Of a DNA stretch of 64,000 nt, positions 41,324 through 55,029 are shown in pieces. Below the pieces are notes generated by a model. It was not told where the DNA came from and made no database searches. It saw nothing but the letters and a program-made list of their open reading frames with translations. The position numbers were made by a program, and so were the translations under genes. Source of the DNA: Lytechinus pictus (taxonomy: Eukaryota); assembly GCF_037042905.1 (NCBI RefSeq), contig NC_087250.1, forward strand, positions 17,300,001 to 17,364,000. The letters run 5' to 3'. Positions within the stretch are counted from its first letter, which is position 1, and the number at the start of each line of letters is the position of its first letter.

Positions 41324-42647
41324 TACCCATGAATGTTGTACTTTAACTACACAGAGGTGGCAAAACATTTTGGCATTGTGATAGCTTCATAAATGACATA
41401 ATTGAAATTCATTTATTTCAAATCTATTATGTAAAAAAAAAATAGAGGATAAAAAATTATGAAAATGAAAGTAAACAGAGTAGAAGATGAAGAAAATAAG
41501 TCCCGACAGGAAAGGTTGATGGGCTCAGAAAGAAAAAAAAACACGCAATCAATTTCCCACCGTCCTCGTTCTCTCACCAGCAGAAATCCATTACTCTTAA
41601 ATCGTCATGCACATTCGACCAATAATAAGTCTGACGCTGGAGATACTTGTCTGAAGTTCCTCTATTAACAGTTACGTGTTGGCAAGGTGTTATTGATGCG
41701 AGGTTAGGGTGAGATAAATTGATAGCAAGGTGTAAGAAAAGACGTGCCTCTCACTCTCAGAGTGTCAGATATATATGTATCGCTGCAATCTACATATGTG
41801 TTATTCAACCTCACGTCTGATATCTTAAAGAAAACATCGTCTTCATTTATTATTTCTTTCTATTATAAAGAGCGATTTCTCAAAAGTGGACTTAAATTTC
41901 TTGATATGGCATTTCAAAAACAGATTGAATCAACGATTGAATCAACCTCTGTATTTCAAATATGCATAGTAATTTCTTCTGTTTTTTGTAACTTTTTATT
42001 TTCTTTTTTTGTTTGTGTTGATATTCCCTGTTTTATGTTTTACTAGTATTTATTTATTTGTTTACACTGTAATTTTTAGAGTCCTGGCTTTGTTTGTGCA
42101 GTTCCCAATTTCATTTTAATTTCATTTTTGCTTATTTATTTTCTTATATTTCGTATTTATATTCTTAAGAGTTAATTGAATAAAAGCAAATTGAATTGGA
42201 GTGAATATGTTTGTAAGAGCTTTCAACATAATTGATACAGTGCGTGAATATATAAATTTGTCCTGTTTTATTTGTCTTTCTTTTTTTTTGCATTCTTTTA
42301 ACATCAAATTATTTTTTTACTGGACGTACATTTCGAGGATATGCTTTAGAAGCTTATACTGATATTATTATACTGCATGGATAAAAGTCTTCCGCACTAC
42401 CGCTACTGATGTACCCAGGTGAATTCAACAGGTTCCAAACCTGAGTACATGGAGTAGATGGTTTTAGGGAAAAGGACCAATAGCCAAACAGTTCTATTTA
42501 AATATAAAAGCTGGGCAAATATACCAGCTCTGGTAGGTCCACTCTTGGTTTGCAGTATGTGATGAATTGTTCGTTCCGGTGAATGGATGAACCTTCCTGC
42601 AAGGTTTATGCTGCAAACAAAATATTCACTATAGAAACGCTGTTTAA

Positions 42648-43237
42648 AGGTCAAGTCCACCCCAGGAAAATACTGACTTGAATAAATAGAGAAAAATCAA
42701 ACTAGCATAGTGCTGAAAATTTCATCAAAATCGGACGGAAAATAAGAAAGTTATGACATTTTAAAGTTTCGCTTATTTTTCACAAAACAGTGATATGCAA
42801 AACTAGGTGACTCAGTCGATGATGTCCATCACTCACTATTTCTTTTGTTTTTTATTGTTTGAATTATACAATATTTCATTTTTTATAGATTTGACAATAA
42901 GGACCAACTTGACTGAACCATATAGTATTAAACAATGCTAATTCCACATGTTCAGGGGGAATTAATCGTTGTATCACTTGACAATCAAGAGAAAATTCGA
43001 ATATTTAATATTTCATATAATAAAATACAAAAGAAATAGTGAGTGGATGACGTCATAGTCTCCTCATTTGCATACCAGCCAGGATGTGCATATAACTGTT
43101 TTGTGAAATTAAGCGAAATTTTAAAATGTCATAAGTTTCTTATTTTACATCCGATTTTGATGAAATTTTCAGTGTTATGCTTGTTGGATTTTTCTCTTTT
43201 TATTCAAATCAACTTTTTGTTGGGGTGGACTTGTCCT
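42648..43237. mobile_element. TTAA (Kolobok-like) MITE; partial copy at 39275-39386
   Basis: ttaa|aggtcaagtccacccca ... tggggtggacttgtcct; long internal IRs. Confidence 0.85.
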
Positions 43238-43254
43238 TAAAGAATTTTGTTTAA

Positions 43255-43648
43255 AGATAAATTCCAGTTGTGGTAACGATTTCAAAATGAATTCGTACAG
43301 AATCCAATGAAATGACTACCAAAGTGTTTGTTTGTATAGATAAAAATTATGTGCCAAAGGATTCTGGAGGAAATTGTGTAATTGCTGAGAAATTAGCAAA
43401 TAAGCACTGGATTCGGGTCAAGTGTCGGGCCGACATTCAAAGCAATAATAATACACACTGTCCCACGTGCGCTTATCTATGTTGGTGATCTTCAGTGTGA
43501 ACATTTTTCAGCGTAGATTTCAAGATTTCACAAAGTTCAGTTTATGTAACTACCAGATCTAGATCCTCGATGATATAGTGTCAATTAAGCTTGGTTTCAC
43601 ACACTTTCTCGTGAAATCAGTGTTTACTGCAACTACTTTCATCTATCT
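43255..43648. mobile_element. Second TTAA-flanked element next to the first
   Basis: ttaa|agataaattccagttgtggtaa ... ttactgcaactactttcatctatct|ttaa. Confidence 0.65.
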
Positions 43649-44133
43649 TTAAGCCCGTAACAACAAAAACAAAGCAATTGTTTGAACACTTTTAACTGTT
43701 TAGACGCTATGTAAAGCCCTTTGTAAATGATGTATTCGTTGTATTATCAACTACCTCTATTATCATTATTACCATTATGATCGTTATTAAAAGTAGTATT
43801 GTCACCATGATCATTATCATAATTATTTTATTCTTATTTCACCATTAGTATTTTATTACTATCATCGTTATTTCATTATTACATGACTATATATTACCAT
43901 TATTATCATCATTGTGCATTATCGGGTGTATGTTCCGTGGTCCCTTTATAGAAAGTGTTTCGTTTGATTGCAACTCCGAAAAGTTCGCTGCTTATTGGTC
44001 AGAAATGATATTGCATTTAATTACAAATATATGCATTAAGCTTTCAAACATGTCGAATGTGTTAGATCTACTGTATTGCTTAAACATGTTATATAATGCG
44101 GTTTGAATTAGTATAAAACCATCTTAAAAACTA

Positions 44134-44292
44134 CACAGTAAAAACTAACACGTTCCTCTAACAAAAGTTTAAACTTTTTTTGTAATTGTTGGTTAAAAGG
44201 TTTAAACATTTGTTTATGAAGTTTATACAGTAGTTGTTAGAGTGACGGACTCGAACAACGTGCTTAAAATTTTGAACAGCGTTTTTACAGTG
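44134..44292. mobile_element. CAC-terminated MITE; related copies at about 51467-51619 and 57571-57749
   Basis: cacagtaaaaac / gtttttacagtg; shared gtgacgg...aacgtgcttaaaattt..aacagcgtttt. Confidence 0.6.
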
Positions 44293-45215
44293 TACATAAA
44301 TGGAAGAATAGCTAATAATAACGTAGTGTTTGTGGAACAATCACATTTTAAAATGGAAATTCTCCTAATGAGCACAATGCGTTTCACGTGATACGTCAGA
44401 AATGCACAACTCCGTGTTTGAGGCATGTCCCTACGATTATCTTGGAAATATAAATACTACGTTATCTGCATAATAATCTAGGCAAGCGGCACCTTGGCCC
44501 ATATTCGCGTGAGTCGTATCCCTTATTTTGGAACAGTTCTTTTGATTTCTAATTTTATGTCACGATGCGAATGAGGTGTTTTACACTGTGGCATTTTCAG
44601 CGTTATACCTGTTTGTTGGTTCCCCAAGTTCTATTCACATAAACTCTTGGGGTGGTATTGACCTTCAATGACAGTTTTAAGTTAGGTTTCATTTGCGATT
44701 ATGTGAACGGGGTTGTTAAACTCCTCACCTTTGTAGAGTAAACTCCTTGGTAGAACGTGACATGGACGTCGAAATAACAGGTATACCAGTGTGTGGTCAA
44801 GCGAAGATGCATTTACACTACAGTATATAGGTGAGTAGGTGAACCAATTGCAACGATAGAGGAGGTTTGGCTATTACCCAAGACAGGGGTAACAGCTGCG
44901 CATAATTAGCTAATATTTCACCACCACAATTATACTCATTTACTTTTCGTATCCCCCTTTCTATCTCTTTCTCTCTCCCTCTTTTTATCTGTCGACTAGT
45001 ATTTTGATATTTTGTAGCTTGAACAAATATCTCGTTTTAAGAAATAATTCCTTCATAACACTCAAGGCACTGAAAGGATCATTAAGACATGTGTTTAATA
45101 TTTTGAGTTGCATCGCTTTATCAAATGGAGAAACTTGAAATCAATTGCAAGTAGATGTTAGGTTCCAAAATCGTTCATAATTCCCGCAATCAATTGTAAA
45201 TTGTAAGTTTTTGCT

Positions 45216-45396
45216 GGTGGGTGTTTCATAAAGCTGTTCGTAAGTAAAGAGCGACTTTAAAAACGACTGGTGGTCCTTTCTTATGCGCTAAATATTCACC
45301 AGCATATAATGGTGAACATCATTTACCACAAGAAAGGATCACCAGTCGTTCTTAAAGTCGCTCTTAACTTACGAACAGCTTTATGAAACGGACCCC
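45216..45396. mobile_element. Harbinger-like MITE family A; copies at 55681-55840 and 61288-61458 have CAG TSDs; partial copy near 34960-35128
   Basis: gtttcataaagctgttcgtaagt ... acttacgaacagctttatgaaac. Confidence 0.85.
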
Positions 45397-45674
45397 TTGT
45401 CTGGTTCTTGCAACAAGTAGTTAAATCAATTTGCTTTAGTAACAATTGATATATCACCCGTAAATTAGCAACATAAACTCGCCATTGATTGCAAATCTTT
45501 TCTTGCAACACCGCCTAGTTCTTTTTTATTCTCTGGTATAAAAAGGAGAGAAAAAAAAGACTTACAGACTTTATTCCTCTTTTTTGGTGCATTTACTCGT
45601 TATTTGTTAAATCATATACCATTTCATACTGGAGAGTCAGCAGTTGTCAACTTTAACAAAGTACCAAGGACTAA

Positions 45675-45808
45675 TACCTTGATCACATTTGCTCTACGGC
45701 GGCCGTACGGCGAGTCGAAAACAGCCGTTTTATTAATTTTAATTCAAACCACCTAATGTAGTTCGACTCGCCGTATACGGCCGACGTAGAGCAAATGTGA
45801 CCAAGGTA
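45675..45808. mobile_element. Palindromic MITE (Harbinger-like)
   Basis: taccttgatcacatttgctctacg / cgtagagcaaatgtgaccaaggta, flanked by taa and tta. Confidence 0.75.
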
Positions 45809-46689
45809 TTAGTTGAGACTACACTGTTATAAAGAAATAAAAGATTTTACATAAGAAAAATGTAAAAACAGATTTACAGAAAGATATAAACCAAATCATT
45901 CTATACATTGTTATACCAGGAAAGATTTTAAACAAATTTTCTACAATTTTACAAAACAGGCCTGTTTAAAAAAGAAAAAAAGGGGGGGGCAGTTTTATCA
46001 CAATGAATGTATAAGGTTACATACACTAAATATCAAATTTCTGTAATTTTACACAAATGCATGTAAGATTAGACAGTGCAGTAAGATTACAGGTATTCTT
46101 GAGACTGCTGCACGATTTTCTATTGACATTTTCTAACCGTGTAAATGCTGTAAACCATTGTGTGAATGCCACACGTCTTGACATTTTGCAAAAGAAAGGC
46201 TGCCTTGTCGATCTATACATTTTTGATTTACTCGTCAAACCCAGTTTGCCGTCCATTAGCAAGATGCAGCAAAGTAGTCCTTCGTTGAGACAAGACAGGA
46301 AATGACGTCGAGCTTGAACTTTACGCAACAATGGAGGTCCGATACCTACCAGAATGTGTTTCCTACATGTTTTCTCCACCCTCTCCCTTCTCCATCTCAC
46401 TTTCGCTCCCTCTTTCTATCTCTTTCTCTCTCTCTCTCTCTCTTTCTCTGTTATATCCGCCTACTTATCCTCCTTCGTCATCTCTCTTTCCCCTTTCTTT
46501 GCTGCTCACCTTTTACCTGTCCTTTTGCGACCTCCTCATGTTTGGTGTACATTACTATTGAAAGTACAACCTACAAATGTATAGTATATTATGTGTGTTA
46601 TGCATATGGTAGTTGAAAAATTGAAGTGCCATGTAATTCAAACTTGGGGTTGTGTGGTTTATTGATTAAATACGATTTACTTCTACTTT

Positions 46690-46921
46690 CACTCTATTAC
46701 TACTAAATCTACTACTATCGCGCCAAGACCACTCTGGAGAGTGCTCAAGGCTCTTTTTTTTTGGAAATTATAAAGGAAATTAAGAAGAATTGAAGAGAAA
46801 TGTTTTAAGGTATTGTTTGACAGTTTCAGAGGTCAAGCACTGTTTAATGTTTTCAGGGAGGCTATTCCATAACTTGGAGGATGAGTGAACAAATGATCTT
46901 TCCCCCCCAGGTTTTGGAAAC
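46690..46921 (-). mobile_element. L2-type LINE 3' fragment
   Basis: - strand reads approximately GERSFVHSSSKLWNSLPENIKQ...YLKTFL, then gagccttgagcac...ggcgcgatag and a (TAG)-like tail. Confidence 0.75.
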
Positions 46922-47810
46922 TATTACTTTTCCTTCTACTATTCCTGCCACTTCTACTACTATTACTACTGTTACTGCTACTACTACTATTTCTACTACT
47001 CCTTCCAATACTGCTTATACTATTTTCTTACTACTCATTGGCGGAAATACCAGGGGGGACGCGTCCCCCTACCCAAAATAGTAGGGGGGACACATATCAA
47101 ATGTCCCCCCTACCATTTCTGTTCTTTTATGATGGAAAGAAATACATCATTCAAAATCGAAATTAAACATGTATTTTGGACGAGATGACCTTACATTTTG
47201 GGTGATAACTGTTTTTTTTTTTGCTTGTTAAATTTATTTTGGTCGAAATAACCTTATATTTTGGGGTGTTAACCTTTTTTTTCAAATTTTCCGGCCCCTG
47301 GTACCCCCTACCTTCAGTGGGGAGAGATTTCTTCCCTTGTTACTACTACTGCTTCTACTACTACAACTACTACTACTACTACTACTATTACTGCTACTGC
47401 TAGTAGTAGTACTACTACTATAGTACTTCTACTACTATACTACTATTTCTAATACTACTACTACTACTAGTAGTACTGATACTACTTTTGTTACTAATAC
47501 TACTACTACAACTACTACTACTTCTACTATTACAACTACTACTATACTACTATTTCTACTACTACTACATTACTGATACTACTTTTACTAGTAATACTAC
47601 TACTGCTGCTACTACTACAACTACTGTTACTATTACTACTACTACAACTACTATTACTGCTACTTCTACTATTACTACTACTAAGTACTACAACTAGTAC
47701 TTCTACTTCTATTCTACTATTTGTTCTACAACTACTATTACTACTACTACCATTACTACTACTACTTCTAATAATAATACTACTACTAATACTAATACCA
47801 TTACAACTAT
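46922..47810. repeat. (ACT)n microsatellite split by an hAT-like insert at about 47037-47340
   Basis: actactact runs on either side of cattggcggaaataccagggggg... Confidence 0.85.
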
Positions 47811-48237
47811 AGTCGGTTGTGCTTGTGAGACTGTAACTTTAGTTCACGATTCGACCTTGTTTTCGCCTCTGGGGTATAATATTCCTCCACTGTTTGATTA
47901 ATGACTCCGACCTCTGGGGGATTTAAAATGATATATGATGAATGAAAGTCAGATTGCGATGATCGTGATCTTCATCGATTCCCCCGGGTCCGTTATGCGG
48001 AGATTATGAGCCGACTTCCCCTAGTTAATCCCCCAATTTATTCACTGCGCGCGCCAGTAGCCACTACGGCACTGCCTCGAGCCAGGCTGTACAAACATCG
48101 TACACTCCAATGCGGAAACATGCATGTTTCTTGGTTTACATAACGTTGATCAAAGTGTAATTTTTACACAATGCGGTGTGGGTGTCCCCCATGAGAAATC
48201 TTGTAATCATGTACGTTCTCTTCTTACAAAAGGCCAG

Positions 48238-48394
48238 GGGCCCGTTTCATAAAGAGTTACAACTGTTGTAACTTTGCCATTATATGGCAACTACCATGGG
48301 AACAGGGCTCAGCAGCCAATCAAAATCAAGGTTACCATGGTAGTTGCCATAATGGCAAAGTTACAACAGTTGTTACTCTTTATGAAACGGGCCC
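48238..48394. mobile_element. Harbinger-like palindromic MITE with CAG TSD
   Basis: cag|gggcccgtttcataaagagt...actctttatgaaacgggccc|cag. Confidence 0.85.
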
Positions 48395-48807
48395 CAGGTG
48401 AATGTTTACTCGGATACATACTAGACAATACTTTTACGGGAGGTACATATTTTTTTTCATTTCACGAATTGTTTCATATCTTCTTTAGATGTATGAAATG
48501 TACAATATTCTGTTTTTAGTATTGTTATGTGAAAAAATGTTTGAATAAACCCTGAACATTTGGAATTCTACTGTGATTCAATCAAGCTTTTAAATATGCA
48601 AAATTGAAAGGTTAAGCATTATGCTTTATTGCTTCCTTTGTCTTTGTATTTTGCCTGCTTGCGTTGTAACAATACAACACAAATGTCATGTGCGAATAAT
48701 TTCTAATACAAAAAAAATGCTGATAACTCACCAGTGTAAAAAAAAACATGTATAATTAGAGGGGGTGAGGTTGTGAGATTTCTTATCATCCATCTTCTTC
48801 AAGTTCA

Positions 48808-49079
48808 GGGCTCCATCTTACAAAGAGCTACGATTGATCCAATCAATCGTAACTCTATGGAAATCCATCCGTGTCATATTTTTTTCCACAAAAAACTTGC
48901 AAAATGTCCTTTGTAAACAAAGGAGACCACACCAAAATGTCAAGAAATCAATGAATTTATGGATATACATTTATATCTAGAATTTTTTATGAACAAACAT
49001 GCATTTATATGTTGACTTTGCTGGCTTTCCATAGTTGCGATTGGTCAGATCGATCGCTACTCTTTGTAAGATGGGCCCC
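48808..49079. mobile_element. Harbinger-like MITE
   Basis: ggg.ccatcttacaaagag / ctctttgtaagatgggcccc. Confidence 0.75.
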
Positions 49080-50096
49080 TGAGGTGCGATGTAGAAAAAA
49101 GTTACGATTAAACGCAGCTATGACGCATTTAATAACATCAGCGTGTTGGCGCCTAAGCATTCTCAAATAATTGTGAATCTCCACCGGGTCCACCCTCATA
49201 AAACTAAATACTAGTTTCATTTCACATTGGTTATTCTCTGAGTATGGAATGCCGATGTCACTCAGTAGGGATGGTTTCACCGAAAGCGACAGCTCACTTC
49301 AATTATAGCTACACTATTAAATTAAAGCCACAATTTCACATGTAAGCGAGTCTCGGCCTGTCAGGGTCCGTACCACAATCATGGATATCAACGTGTTATC
49401 TTGTCAGCGTGGGCCCCATAAAACAAAGTCTAGCAATGATTGTAGACCATTTTTAGGACTGATTACATTGACTAATGTACAATAATTAATCGTGAAATCA
49501 ATGGTACGATTTAATCGCATAACTTTGTGTTAAGTGTCGAGGAACAGGTCCATGATTTACCAAGGGTTCACCTTTAAAAAAATGACTATCAATAAAAAAA
49601 AGAAACACGTTGGCCTATCTGCAGTTCATGTCGAGGCCTGTATAAATGATGATTATCTTGTATTCCTTACAATTACAATAAATCACAAAACTCTGAAGTG
49701 AAATATAAGAGTGCGCTAATTTTGCTAAGCTCTTGTTTTCCATCTGTTATAAATTCTGTTTTCATTAGGGCTAAAACGCGGTTTTAGGAGAAAGAACACC
49801 ATTCAGAACACGACAAGAAAATAGCTTATCTCCTGCATGTCCTGGTTTTACACTCGTCGCAGTGCCACTCTATCGAAACCATTCTTGTTAGGAAGAATCG
49901 GATTCAACATATTTCGTTTTGAAAGACGACATTTATGCAAACAGAAAGTACATTTGCCCGTTAGTTCAGGTAAATGAGCGACCGTGTGGTCCATTTCAGC
50001 CGATCCTTTATCTGTAAAACCATTTATAAAAATGATGTAAAAATTATCATTGTTCTAAACAAAAGTCTTCTGTTTTTTTCTTTCTCTTTCTTTTAG

Positions 50097-50202
50097 TGGC
50101 TGAGTTTCATACAGAAGTAGCCCTTACCCACCTCGAGTATTCACGCAGTTTACAGTCACTGGTAGAAACATTCAAAGAAAAAACACTTCTAGCCAAAGAG
50201 AG
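50097..50202 (+). CDS. Exon, F-BAR helix 1-2 (xAEFHTEVALTHLEYSRSLQSLVETFKEKTLLAKER), phase 1 to 2
   Basis: Acceptor tttctctttcttttag, donor ag|gtgagt; only one frame is open. Confidence 0.85.
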
Positions 50203-51220
50203 GTGAGTATACGATCCAATGCCCACTGGAATTAGTGGACATCCGTGGGTTGAAAGAAGTCTCCACGCACAGACCCAAGTTTGACATTTTAATAAAATAT
50301 ACCCTTTGATACATAAAACAAACAAGATAGAGCATCAACGCGCTCATTTGAGGCCACCGGAAACAGTTCAAAAGTACTCCATATTAAAGGTCAAGCGCGC
50401 AAAAGGTGCCTCATTTTTTTCTTCCGGGTGCATGTTGTTTCTTACGTGTTAATTGTGTCACGGAGTACATTTCCTGTACGTTGAATGTTAAGTGTGCGGC
50501 AGCATACAACAGCTATTTCATATATATCGACGATTATTCCATGTCTGGAGTGACGACTACACTCCGAGCTCTTTTAGTTAACTATATTATGCCAAATAAG
50601 ATGCAGGCATATGCATAAGTGGATATAGTCTCACTACCTCAGACTTCTGATTATTATGCATTCTGTGAAAAACAAGGGTCTGTGCCTGCAGACTATGGCA
50701 CAGGGGGCGCACGTCCTGTGTATATTTTGAAATCGACTATTGAAATTTATTTGATACTGATATGTAATATATATCACTTCAAAACGTAGGGAAATGAACT
50801 TCTCCAAAATTTAATTTTAATCCTTGAGGACCCCTCATGTATGACGTATGTGTTTTGCTTGTGAAATTTCATTATAACTATTCTCTGCTCATAGTCTTAA
50901 CATTATCGAATGGTATGATTAAACGATTATAGATTGTGATATTTTGTCTTTTTCATTTTATGCTATATACTATGATAGTCGAACACAACATTGTTCATCG
51001 TCTATCAACTTCGTAAAAATCTTAATTAAAAGATTGTGAATGTGTATGTTGCCAAGAACAATTTGGATAATTTTTACGCATGCATAGGAATTCATCAAAA
51101 TGCATGATACAATCTACTTAAAAGTGATATTACATCAGAATTTAGATTTATAGTCTACCGTACTAATTTTGAAAAAAATGTGAATTTTGCATGAGTAATT
51201 TTATTTTTTCTCTTCGACAG

Positions 51221-51290
51221 GTGGAAAGAATGTAAAAATCTCTTTACAGTTTGGGAAAATGTTCTGCAGGCGTACGGCTCGGCTGCTCAA
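51221..51290 (+). CDS. Exon (WKECKNLFTVWENVLQAYGSAAQ), phase 2 to 0
   Basis: Acceptor ttttttctcttcgacag, donor caa|gtaaat; phase matches both neighbours; F-BAR W..VL motif. Confidence 0.85.
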
Positions 51291-52314
51291 GTAAATATAT
51301 ACATTTAATGTGTTTGTAAATTGTTGCAGTTGATCTAATCAACCCAAAATTATGGCAATCAATCGCTGTCATAACCTTTCCTACAGGAAAATTACACAAT
51401 GTATTTTTTTTTACAAAGAGGGGCATACACGATGAATGTATGAACATACACATTAATAAACAGGACATTGTTTAAGCCTGTCACTCTAACAACAAGTTGT
51501 TTAAATCGTTGTAAGTGTTTAAACTTTAAAAACAACGTGTTTGTTCAATTTAAACAATAGTTTTAGAGTGACGGGCATTAACAACGTGCCTTAAATTTTA
51601 AACAGCGTTTTTAAAGTGTACATTATATCTAGAAAAGGTTTTAAACAAACATGCATTAAATAATGTTGGCCTTGCTGACTTTCCATGGTTGTGGCTGATT
51701 GGATGGACCGCAATTCTTTGTAAGACGGGGCCCTGCATGGCATGCCTGGGATCCGGTTTAAAATTACTGAAGATTATGGTATCGCTGCCAGTAGGATAAG
51801 AAAATAAACCTTGAAACGATGAGTTTGTTGAGCAGCTTAGCCTTGCTGCCATGGTAATTACCCTATTAGCATAAGGCTATCGTAATAGCCGAAGGATCGG
51901 GTTACCATGGTAATCTGGATTGGCTCCTAAGCCCTGTTACCATGGTAGTTGCCATGATGGCAAAGTTCCCTTTAGGAAATGGGCCCGGGTCACTGTGCTT
52001 CCACTTCAATAAAAAAATCAAAAATATAACAATATAGTCATGAAAACAATATAACTTTATGTAAATTGATGTACATCTATATGAAGGACGACCCTGGGAT
52101 TTTCTTAACAGTGAAGGAAAAGGAGAAGAAATGATAGAAAGAGAAAGGAGGAAGATTATTATGACGAAGAATGATCTGGTTCATGTTGCCCTATAATGCC
52201 CCAAGGCTTGTTATTTAATTCAGAAAAATGACTTGTTATAGAAGTTATGCAGAACTTGTCTTGATGACAAGAAACTATGGCCATAAATTCGCTGACCCTC
52301 TTTCATTTCTTCAG

Positions 52315-52467
52315 GACCATAGTGACCTTGGTGAGGCTATTGAGGCATCAGTCACTGACCAGTTGGTGGAATCAGCGAAAAACAAACAGCAACTTGTGAA
52401 GATGTTGGACGTGTACAGAGATGATTATATCAAACAGTCGCAATCGCTCGATGCTGTCATTGATAAG
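52315..52467 (+). CDS. Exon (DHSDLGEAIEASVTDQL...LDAVIDK), phase 0 to 0
   Basis: Acceptor tttcatttcttcag, donor aag|gtatag; helical, heptad-rich peptide. Confidence 0.9.
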
Positions 52468-52995
52468 GTATAGCATTGTACGCAGACAATGGCGGCGAAT
52501 TGTGATGTATCCCGTTCTCTGATTGTTTTATATGAATCACATGATCTGAGATATTCTTGTTTAGTTACTGGTGCTAAGGAGAGTACATGTTTGGGTGTTT
52601 TGACCTTCCCCGCAAGAGGATCTGCAAGGAAGAACGTGACAAATAATTGATTATACAACTTTTATCGCCGTTTGTAAGTTTCTGTAATTTAATGAATATA
52701 TTCTCCCAGGTGATAAATTAATGACAGTACATTTGAGATATTATTAGGCTCTTAAAATTGATATTATCACTATAGTGATCATAAAATAATACCAAAATAA
52801 TTTTTACTAGAGTTTTGTGCAGAAAAATTTGCTCTACGTTTTATTGCTATATCAAAATGGGCAAAACCAAACATTGTATACAAACGTTGGGATTTCGAAT
52901 GAACGAAACAAAATGAAATGAAATTATCATCATTAAGTAGTTATCTATTTAAATGGTTTAATTTGATTTAACTATTTATCCTTTTTCCAATACAG

Positions 52996-53058
52996 AGTGA
53001 AAAGGAATACTTTGAAAGCTGGTCGAAAATGAGCAAGGATGGGATGAACACTATAAAG
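52996..53058 (+). CDS. Exon (SEKEYFESWSKMSKDGMNTIK), phase 0 to 0
   Basis: Acceptor ctttttccaatacag, donor aag|gtatcg. Confidence 0.8.
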
Positions 53059-53738
53059 GTATCGACCGTAGAGGGCGTGATCACTCTGCTATCTAGAAAG
53101 TGTTGACTGAAATGTGACTCCAAAATAGTGTGCATACACTGAGAAATTGCATTATGGTTGAGCTAATATAATCTTACCATCGGGTAATCCGACACCTTCA
53201 TGCGTATTTTAAGAGTGTGTGATTTTTTTTTGGGATTACCTTTTTAAATGCATAATGATGATTGAATTCTGTGGAAATTAATAGCTATTATGTTATTATG
53301 TCTGATTACAATCCGTCCAATTTCTGTTTTCTTTGACCAGTATTTTCAGTTTTATTCTCCTTTTCTATTATCGCTTTACAAAGTCTGCATTACATGACCG
53401 GCGAACTGCTCGCACGTGACGTCACAAAGCAATTCTAAAATATCATATCTGTCACTAGATTGATACTTGATTCATGCCAAACCTCAAATATGTGCGTCAT
53501 CTTTTCTGCATTCACTATTACAAACTTTAGATTTTTTAATCAACTTCTTCAATATATACCTTCACTATTAATTTCGTTATTTCAATTTAATGCCTTTCTT
53601 TTATTGATAATTGTATTTTTATTTATCTTTATATAGTGTTTTTTATGTAGTTTGTTTTTCTTCTAAATGCATTTTGTATATGATTCCTAAATGCGAATGT
53701 AACTATGTTACATGCATTTTTTTTTTCATATCCTACAG

Positions 53739-53852
53739 AATCACAATACGGCGTTCTGCTACAATAGATTAAATGATTATATCCTACAAATACAGTCAGC
53801 AAATCAGTTGAATGAATCTTTATCTACCGCAGTGCTTCCAAAAGTTAATTCC
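53739..53852 (+). CDS. Exon (NHNTAFCYNRLNDYILQIQSANQLNESLSTAVLPKVNS), phase 0 to 0
   Basis: Acceptor ttttcatatcctacag, donor tcc|gtaagt; N.Y.L....AN and LP motifs typical of F-BAR helix 4. Confidence 0.9.
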
Positions 53853-54455
53853 GTAAGTGTGTTCTTTTTTCTCTCTCTCTCTCCCTTTCATTCCTTTCTA
53901 GAACATCGGCCGTTTATGATTACACAAATGTAACAATCATCGTATCTTTTCAATTAACGTTATGTCTTCATCACTTTTATTTTTATATGTTCGTACCAAA
54001 CGAACGAAAGAAGCAGTTATTAGGGTGAATGTTATCTTCATACCGTCCTGTACAATGTACTTGCTCTGTACCACTTGCTTTTCTTTTCAAATCATAGTTA
54101 AACTCTTGAATTCGAATGCTTGTATTTTGTTTTTCTTTAAACTATTTCTAAAGGGAATAAATACAAAGGATTCTATTTTCCATATTCTGAGTCCGACTTA
54201 ACTAATGCCGTGATCTAAGTTTGTGCTAACATGGGAAACCAAAAATGACAAAATTGTATTTACATCATATGTTTCCTATCTTCACTAGATACTTTCCTCA
54301 TATTTTATTGATAAAGAGAACTATTCCAGTAATTATTGCCAGTCAGATGTGAAGGAATAGACTGTCATATTAGCTTGCAAATTGAGCTGGTATATACTGT
54401 TTAGAGATGCCTGTCGAAATCGGCTATCCACAGGTCAACTATACCTTTAGACCAG

Positions 54456-54724
54456 GAGCCCGTAACACAAAACTTAGCAATTATCGAATCCATTGACTAC
54501 AATGTACAATCAATCGTGAAAATCAAGTGTACGATCAATCGCTAACCTTTGTGTTACGGGACCCACGGCTCCGTAACAGAAAGGTTTGCGATGAATTGCA
54601 AGTATGAAAGAACGGCACCGATTGGTTCCCGGTCAGTATTTTAAACAAAGTGCGCTTGCAACGACGATCTTGATTGGTCGTTGGTATTTAGCGATTGATT
54701 GCAAACCTTTGTGTTACGGAGCCC
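54456..54724. mobile_element. Two abutting Harbinger-like MITEs; related copies near 34224-34350 and 49410-49510
   Basis: cccgtaacacaaa...tttgtgttacggg, then ggctccgtaacagaaagg...cctttgtgttacggagcc. Confidence 0.75.
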
Positions 54725-54909
54725 TGAGCTTAGATTAAACCGGAGTGCAGAATACCGTCCTATGATTTTCAGACTGAAGATAACATGGCGCTTAATTTGA
54801 AGCATATTCATTTTATTAGAATGTTGTGCTTTCTTTATTGTTCTGTTCCTCAATTGCTACCACAATTTACATAAAATACTTAAAAGTATTTTCTGTTTAT
54901 CCGTTGCAG

Positions 54910-54990
54910 GACTCAGATTTAGTCCGTCATGAAATTTCAGAATCAGGAATATCTGGACTAGTATGGCATTCCAAGGTTCTTATAGCAAAG
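54910..54990 (+). CDS. Exon (DSDLVRHEISESGISGLVWHSKVLIAK), phase 0 to 0
   Basis: Acceptor ttttctgtttatccgttgcag, donor aag|gtaatt. Confidence 0.8.
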
Positions 54991-55029
54991 GTAATTAAAA
55001 ACTAAAAATAAATTGTGTACAATTTTCAG

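Noticed and set aside
42476..42512. CCAAT plus TATAAAAG promoter
   Set aside because: Short motifs expected by chance in AT-rich DNA, with no linked exon
46299..46336. Peptide NDVELELYATME resembling Fer DWELRLLETV as the missing upstream exon
   Set aside because: No GT at the required phase-1 position, a poor acceptor, and an in-frame stop just upstream
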